Below the pieces are notes generated by a model that was not told the origin of the DNA, did not search any database, and saw only the letters and a program-made list of their open reading frames with translations. From NCBI GenBank assembly GCA_963727455.1, contig CAVSGG010000009.1, positions 64,001-128,000 of the forward strand: 64,000 nt of DNA, read 5' to 3'. Below, piece by piece: positions 58,106-64,000 of this stretch; position 1 is the stretch's first letter; every line of letters starts with the position of its first letter. The position numbers and the translations under genes are program-made. Origin of the DNA: Candidatus Krumholzibacteriota bacterium (GTDB lineage Bacteria; Krumholzibacteriota; Krumholzibacteriia; JAJRXK01).

Positions 58106-59830
58106 ATGAGCAGACAAGCGCGAATTGAATCTCCCGCGTCGCAGGGCGCCAGGGTCTCAGAGGCACCTTCCCTTGCCGGCGCCCTCATTCTGGGCGCTGC
58201 TTCCTTGCTCGTCCTCCTCTCGCTACTCCTTGCTCTCCCTTCGGCCGCGGTGGCGCAAGACTCCACTTCGACCAGCGTCGCCCCCATGGACTCCACGGGG
58301 GATCAGATCCCGGCCGATTCGGCCCTGCGAATCATGGAGCTGCAGGATCGGATCAAGAAGGATCCCTACGACGGAGAGGCGCACACCGAGCTGGGCATTC
58401 TTTACACGAACGAGAAGATGTTCGACGAGGCCCGCAACCAGTTCATCGCAGCCATTCAGTGCGCGCCAGGGGAGCCGCTCACCCACCTCAATCTCGCAGT
58501 AGCTCTGATGAAGATGAAGGCCTGGAAAGAAGCAATCCAGCCCTTGACCGCCTTCAGCAACCTCGCTCCCGACGACGGACGCGGATACATCCTGCTGGGA
58601 GACACCTACAGTCAGCTCGACAAGACCGATAAGGCTCGCGAGAACTGGGAAGCGGGTCTGCGGATGCTCGGCGTGAAGTCGAGTGACAAGGCCGAGATGC
58701 TCAGACGACTCGTCCAGAGCTACGAGGACGAGGAGGATCCGGCCGGTGCGGTGGCCGAAATGGACAAGCACCAGACTCTTCTCGTCGGCGGCGATTTTGC
58801 CGACCTCCGCGAACGCAGAGTGGGCCTCATGATGAAACTGGCCAAGGAAGCCCAGGAGGCGGGAAAGGACGATGACGCGCTGCACTGGATGGCCCGCGCG
58901 CGCAAGTCCAAGTCGGCCCCGGCCACTGCGTGGACCGCGGCAGCCGAAATTCTGTTGCAGCGGGATCTTCCAGATTCCGTCACGGCACTCGCCACGGAAA
59001 ACCCCAACGCCCCCGCCGGCACCAACGCCTTTTTGCGCGGGCGAGTCGCCGAACAGCAAGGAGACCTACAGACCGCTGCACGCTACTACAAGGAGGCACT
59101 CTCGGCCGATCCGGACTACCCGGGTGCGAGCGCTTTCCTGGGCGGCGTCCTGGCGCGCCTGGGAGACACCCATGGTGCACAGAAGGCGCTGGCCCGGGCA
59201 AGCTCCCGCGGAGAGGGCGGCGTCGCGACCAAATACAATCAGGCCGTCGTGCGTTCGAAGGCGGGCGACTACCGCGGCGCCATCCCCCTGCTCAAGGAAG
59301 TGATCCAGAAGGATCCCTCTCTCAAGGATGCCTACCGGGCTCTCGCCGCCGCCTACCGCAAGACGGATCAGTACGAGGAAGCGGCCAAGACCTCGCAGGA
59401 GTTCCTGGACAAGTTCGGCCCCTCCGCCGGAGAGATCTACCAACTCGCCTACGCGCAATACAAGAGCGGAAACTACTCCGATGCGGCGGAGAACTACGAG
59501 ATCGTCACCGCCATGGAGCCGGAAAATTTCAACGCTTACTACGGTCGCGGCCAGAGCCTGATGAAGTTGGGGCGCTACGACGACGCCGCCGCGTCGTTTT
59601 CTCAGGCCACGAAGTTGCGGCCGGACAACGAAATTGCCGTCTTCAACCTGGCTTTCGCCTATCAGAAGGCCGGCAAGTACGAGGAGGCGATCGACTCCTA
59701 TCTCGACGCGAGTGATCTCAAGGAGACCATTCGGTCCTACACCAACATTGCCATCTGCTACCGGAAGCTCGGCGACAAGGATGCGGCGGACGAGTATTAT
59801 GAGAAAGTCAACGCCATGAAGAAGAAGTAA
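58106..59830 (+). CDS. Exported TPR-repeat protein
   Basis: Signal peptide plus many TPR helices (e.g. AYYGRGQSLMKLGRYDDAAASFSQA). Confidence 0.88.
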   Translation: MSRQARIESPASQGARVSEAPSLAGALILGAASLLVLLSLLLALPSAAVAQDSTSTSVAPMDSTGDQIPADSALRIMELQDRIKKDPYDGEAHTELGILYTNEKMFDEARNQFIAAIQCAPGEPLTHLNLAVALMKMKAWKEAIQPLTAFSNLAPDDGRGYILLGDTYSQLDKTDKARENWEAGLRMLGVKSSDKAEMLRRLVQSYEDEEDPAGAVAEMDKHQTLLVGGDFADLRERRVGLMMKLAKEAQEAGKDDDALHWMARARKSKSAPATAWTAAAEILLQRDLPDSVTALATENPNAPAGTNAFLRGRVAEQQGDLQTAARYYKEALSADPDYPGASAFLGGVLARLGDTHGAQKALARASSRGEGGVATKYNQAVVRSKAGDYRGAIPLLKEVIQKDPSLKDAYRALAAAYRKTDQYEEAAKTSQEFLDKFGPSAGEIYQLAYAQYKSGNYSDAAENYEIVTAMEPENFNAYYGRGQSLMKLGRYDDAAASFSQATKLRPDNEIAVFNLAFAYQKAGKYEEAIDSYLDASDLKETIRSYTNIAICYRKLGDKDAADEYYEKVNAMKKK

Positions 59831-59843
59831 CCGGAAGCAGAAG

Positions 59844-62800
59844 ATGGGCCGAATCCTCACCGCAGCTGGCGCTTTCGCAGTGGAAGAGCTCCTGCTGGCG
59901 AAAGTGGACGAGGACCAGGCGTCCGTTGCGACCGACCCTGCTCTCCTTCGCAAGCCACTGCGCATCGTCGTTCCCTCGCGGACTCTTCAGGCCCATCTCT
60001 CTTGGCGCATCTGCGCGCGCCGCGGCGGAGTGGCCGGACTCCTCGTACAGACTCATCTGCAGCTCGCGTTCGAACTCTTCGGAACGGACCCGCGCAACTC
60101 CACAAAAACTCACGACTCCCTGTTCGCGCTGCTTCTGCGGCGCGAAGCGGAAGAGCACCCGCTCTTGCGCGAGGTCCTGAGCGAGCTGGTGCAGGGAACG
60201 AAAGCCGTGGTCTCCTCGGCGGACGATCTCTGTCACGCGCAAATCTCCCCCGAACTGAGCGAGGCTCTCCTGGACTCGCTGGACGAAATGGAGAGGAACG
60301 AGGCCTCACTCCGCGCGCGCGCCGTCCTGGAGTCGACTTTCGCGGCGCAGTCCAAGTTCGAGAATCTGCAGCTTCTCTCGCGAGACGGACTTTTGGCGCG
60401 GGTGAGCTCGTCGCTCAGAGACCGGGATACTCTGCGCGACTGCGCGCGGGGCATTCTGATCCACGGATACGCAGACGCGACCGGAGTAGTGACGGGCTTT
60501 TTGGAGGAGCTTTTGCACCACCCGAACTCCGCCGCCTTCCTGGACCGTCCAGCCGATCCCGCCAAGAGAGACGTGTTCGATCTGGGGATCGAGTTTTCGC
60601 GGCCCTTCGGATTGAGACTGGGCGAGAGCTTGAAGCTCCCCGAAATCGGCGCGGGCGCACCGCAGCTTTCCGCCTTCTGCGCCCCGGGCGCCAGTGGCGA
60701 AGCACGTGAGATTGCCCGCAGACTTCGATCCCTCCTGGACGAAGAAGATCCCCCCGCCCCGGAGAGCGTGGCCATCGTCGCCCGCGCTCTCCCTGTCCAC
60801 TTCCTGGACCTCACAGAGGCGCTCGATGACTATGGAGTGCCTTGGCGTGCGCCCCAAGCCCCGGGCTGCGTCGACGCCGCGGGACACAAGTTGGTAGCTC
60901 TGCTCCAGCTCCTGCACCTCGATTCGGCCTTCCCGGTGGATCGATGGCTCGAACTTCGTGAGTACGACGAGAAATTCTTGAAGCTGCGACTCGCGGCGGC
61001 AACTCTGGGCGCGGGAAGACTGAGACAGCTCTCCTCTCTTACGGACGGGGAGATCGCGGCGCATTCTCCCGCCTTGAAATTGCCCATTCGAGACGGACTG
61101 AAACCACGCGCCACGGGGGATTCGTCTCCAGGCGACGAGGACTCGTTGCACCTCATCGGGCAGAAGGAGCTGCGCGCGCTGCGGGACGACGCGCGCGCGC
61201 TCGTGCAGCGCCTGAGCTCCTGGCCTTCACGGCAGAGTCTTCCCCGGCACGCCGACACGCTGCGCGGCCTGGTGCTGAGCTGCCTGGATTGGACGCAAAC
61301 GAATGGCAGCGCGGAGGCCTTGCGGCGTCTCGAGAAGCTCCTCGGCAGCTACGACATCCCGCTGGAGCTGAGCAGGGCGGAATTCCTCGCGCTTCTGGAT
61401 GAGCGGATCGAGGAACTGATCCGCGTGCAGGAGGACGGAAACGGCGGTGGAGTGCAGATTCTGGACGTCACGAAGGCGCGCGGCCTCACTTTCTCGCGGC
61501 TTTTCCTGATTGGTCTCAACCGCGGAGCTTTCCCCTCCAGCGCGAAGGAAGATCCTCTGCTTCCCGATCGAATCCGCACCCGGCTTCGTCAAGTCCTCCC
61601 CGACTTGAAGAGCAAGCGCGAGCGCGGCCGAGAAGAGCGCTTCCTCTTCGCACAACTCTTGTCATCCGCTCCTCAGGTGACGCTCTCGTGGTGGACGAGC
61701 GACGATGACGGACGTCCTCTGCCTCCCTCGTCCTTCGTGCAGCGTCTGGGTTTGAGGATGAGCGAGGATTCGTCCCCCCTGGTCGCGAGCGAGGAGGAGT
61801 CGGAGAGAGTTCGTCCGCGCCCGCTGCGAGAACACCTTCTCCAGGCCGCTCTGCGCGACGACGAGGAATGCTTCGTACGGCTCTTGGCTCCGGCGCTCGC
61901 GGAGTCGGATTGTGCCGCTATCCTTCCTTCTCATCCGGAGGCCTGGGCCGAGGCGACTCGTGCGGTGTTGAAGGAAAAGGACCTGTGGCCGGGAACCGCC
62001 CCCGACCTGGGTCCCTGGATGGAGGGCCCCGGAGCCTCGGCCGGGCTTTGGCCCGATCTGCAATCGGACTCGGCCTTCGTCACCAAACTGGAAGCCCTGG
62101 CCCGCTGTCCCTGGGCCTACTTCCTCGAAAGAGTGCTGCGCCTTCAGCCGCTTCCCGATCCGCTCGCTTCGCTTCCCCTTCTGGATCGTCGGCGCGTGGG
62201 AAGCGTGGTTCACAAGACCCTCGAGCGCATCGTGGAGAGGGTGATCGGCAAACCGCCCCGCGCCGGGCTTCAGGCGATCGTCGAGCAAACCGCCGTCGAA
62301 GTTCCCTGGCCCGATGACCCTCTGCTCGCTCGTACGAGCGAGGATGCGGCCTTGGAAGTGCTCCGTGAAGAGGGCCTGGCCCTGCCTGGATTGGCGCGCG
62401 CACTGGCCACCTGTGCGCGGCCCTATCTGGAGGTGTGCCGGCAGGAGCTCTTCTCCCCCTCGCCGCCCAAAGTCGTGGCCGCGGAAGTCTCCGGGGCCGT
62501 CGAACTCACCCAACCCGAAGGGCCCGCCCTGCGGCTCCGCTTCCGGGCCGATATGGCGCAGCGCCGGCAGGAAGAACTCCATCTCATCGACTTCAAGTCC
62601 TCGGCGCCTTTCATCACCACCATCAAGGACGCTTCGCGCAGAAGACACCTCTTGAACGCCCTCCACTCGGGAACCCGACTGCAGGGCATGAGCTACGCTC
62701 TGTCCGTGCAGCAAATGACGCAGGAAACCGGTTGGGGTTCGTATCTGCATCTCAAGCCCGATGCGAGCGGACTTTCTTCGTGGATCGATTTTCGAGGCGA

Positions 62801-63089
62801 TGATCGCGAGGCGTCCGACGCGCTCCGTGAGGTCGTGAAGATCCTGCACGATGCGCGCCGGCGCGGCAGCTTGTTCCCCCGCGTGGTGGATCCAACGGGA
62901 CAGAAAGAACCGGATGCCTGCAAATATTGCGAAGTCTCCGCAGCTTGCGTTCGGGGCGACAGTCAAAGTCGGCAACGGGAGGCCGAATTTTTCCTGAAGT
63001 TGCGCGCACGCCAAGCCGAAAACGAGAAGCTCACGGAGCAACAAGAGCTTCTCCTCGCCCTGTGGGAACTCCCGGGAGCGAAGTCGTGA
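59844..63089 (+). CDS. addB: AddB-like subunit with C-terminal PD-(D/E)XK nuclease
   Basis: ARGLTFSRLFLIGLNRGAFP, RCPWAYFL, FRADM..LIDFKS, QGMSY, CKYCEVSAAC Fe-S cysteines. Confidence 0.8.
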   Translation: MGRILTAAGAFAVEELLLAKVDEDQASVATDPALLRKPLRIVVPSRTLQAHLSWRICARRGGVAGLLVQTHLQLAFELFGTDPRNSTKTHDSLFALLLRREAEEHPLLREVLSELVQGTKAVVSSADDLCHAQISPELSEALLDSLDEMERNEASLRARAVLESTFAAQSKFENLQLLSRDGLLARVSSSLRDRDTLRDCARGILIHGYADATGVVTGFLEELLHHPNSAAFLDRPADPAKRDVFDLGIEFSRPFGLRLGESLKLPEIGAGAPQLSAFCAPGASGEAREIARRLRSLLDEEDPPAPESVAIVARALPVHFLDLTEALDDYGVPWRAPQAPGCVDAAGHKLVALLQLLHLDSAFPVDRWLELREYDEKFLKLRLAAATLGAGRLRQLSSLTDGEIAAHSPALKLPIRDGLKPRATGDSSPGDEDSLHLIGQKELRALRDDARALVQRLSSWPSRQSLPRHADTLRGLVLSCLDWTQTNGSAEALRRLEKLLGSYDIPLELSRAEFLALLDERIEELIRVQEDGNGGGVQILDVTKARGLTFSRLFLIGLNRGAFPSSAKEDPLLPDRIRTRLRQVLPDLKSKRERGREERFLFAQLLSSAPQVTLSWWTSDDDGRPLPPSSFVQRLGLRMSEDSSPLVASEEESERVRPRPLREHLLQAALRDDEECFVRLLAPALAESDCAAILPSHPEAWAEATRAVLKEKDLWPGTAPDLGPWMEGPGASAGLWPDLQSDSAFVTKLEALARCPWAYFLERVLRLQPLPDPLASLPLLDRRRVGSVVHKTLERIVERVIGKPPRAGLQAIVEQTAVEVPWPDDPLLARTSEDAALEVLREEGLALPGLARALATCARPYLEVCRQELFSPSPPKVVAAEVSGAVELTQPEGPALRLRFRADMAQRRQEELHLIDFKSSAPFITTIKDASRRRHLLNALHSGTRLQGMSYALSVQQMTQETGWGSYLHLKPDASGLSSWIDFRGDDREASDALREVVKILHDARRRGSLFPRVVDPTGQKEPDACKYCEVSAACVRGDSQSRQREAEFFLKLRARQAENEKLTEQQELLLALWELPGAKS

Positions 63090-64000
63090 ATCGAGAAGCG
63101 GATCGCAGGAACGAATCGAGCGCGGAAGCTTCTCGCACCGCCGACGCCCTGGCACGCCGCGAGGCCCAGAGCAGCTTCGATTTGCCCTTCGTCCTGGAGG
63201 CCGGGGCCGGAACGGGGAAGACCACGGCGCTGATCGCGCGAATCATCTCCTGGATCATGGGTCCAGGCTGGGATAAGAGCCGCGCGCGCCTCGACAAAGG
63301 AAATTCCGACACTTCCGAGGAAGATCTCGCCGCGTCGGTGTTGGACGGCGTGGTCGCCATCACCTTCACCGAGGCGGCGGCGGCCGAAATGGAGACACGA
63401 ACGGGACAGGTCTTAGCGAGTCTGTCCCGCGGGGAGACCCCGCACTTTCTCGTGCCGGACCAGCTTCCCGAGCAAAGCGAGGACCGAGCGAGCCGCGCGG
63501 CCCAGCTGCTGACCAATCTGGATCATCTCCAGGTGCACACCATCCACGCCTGGTGCTCGCGCATCCTGGCGCGCTTTCCCCTGGAGGCGGGGCTGCACCC
63601 CGATTTCCAGGTCGACGCCGACGGGTCCCTCAGGCGCGAGGCCGCCCAGGATATCGTGGAGGAACACCTGCATTCCGCGTACCGGGGCGATTTGGATCCT
63701 GCTCTGAGCGCCCTGGCGCAAGACGGCAAGGGCCCGAAGGACCTGGCGGACGCCCTCACCACTCTGGTCGAACTCGATGTGCGCTCTGACGAGTTGCAGA
63801 ACTCGCCCTTCGCCGAGGAAGAGCTGCGGAACTTCAGCGCAAGGGTACTCGAGATTTTGGCTCAGCTTCCCCAGGAGTTACTCCTTTCCCTCGAGAAGAT
63901 CCCACGCAACAAGAACACGGGCTGCTTCAGCCGCTGGACGATCGCTGCGAGGACCGCGCTCGACACCGAAGCGCCGCGATCCCGTGCCGATTTGGAACGC
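63086..64000 (+). CDS. addA: AddA-like UvrD helicase, runs off the right edge
   Basis: Manual translation from GTG 63086 (GTGA overlap): VLEAGAGTGKTT, VAITFTEAAAAEM, VHTIHAWC. Confidence 0.88.
   Translation, partial: MNREADRRNESSAEASRTADALARREAQSSFDLPFVLEAGAGTGKTTALIARIISWIMGPGWDKSRARLDKGNSDTSEEDLAASVLDGVVAITFTEAAAAEMETRTGQVLASLSRGETPHFLVPDQLPEQSEDRASRAAQLLTNLDHLQVHTIHAWCSRILARFPLEAGLHPDFQVDADGSLRREAAQDIVEEHLHSAYRGDLDPALSALAQDGKGPKDLADALTTLVELDVRSDELQNSPFAEEELRNFSARVLEILAQLPQELLLSLEKIPRNKNTGCFSRWTIAARTALDTEAPRSRADLER

Noticed and set aside
59114-59126. Partial match CTACCCGGGT to the HNH-associated palindrome
   Set aside because: Only 10 bp, inside TPR codons (DYPG); expected by chance.

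Overview
A GC-rich, gene-dense bacterial chromosomal segment from a diderm. It has a PlpD-like outer-membrane patatin, lipoproteins and a gingipain with an FlgD/T9SS-like tail; an FCB-related lineage such as Krumholzibacteriota/Latescibacterota is inferred, not shown. Content is mostly peptide, branched-chain amino-acid and fatty-acid catabolism: a FakA-FakB fusion, an atuA-hydratase-carboxylase operon, M20/PepQ/Pip peptidases, fadR-fadNAE and a fused 2-oxoacid dehydrogenase E1. It also carries hipBA, trpS, addB/addA and an accessory stretch at about 5-15 kb. Four genes carry single-base frameshifts that look like assembly errors. The two most notable unexplained structures are: (1) an HNH nuclease with a ParB/DUF222-like HTH N-terminus, flanked on both sides by copies of a parS-sized imperfect palindrome (TCTACCCGGGTACAC; three upstream, one downstream) and lying next to a truncated gene; (2) a roughly 390-nt non-coding, multi-hairpin unit with its own sigma54 promoter, IHF/UAS-like upstream region and terminator, converging on a GAF-type sigma54 activator. 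Further observations are stop-codon-anchored tandem arrays, several apparently leaderless genes, and a decarboxylase with the cysteine-sulfinate (taurine pathway) specificity motif. No rRNA, tRNA or canonical CRISPR array was found. All calls are by-eye, with no database searches.
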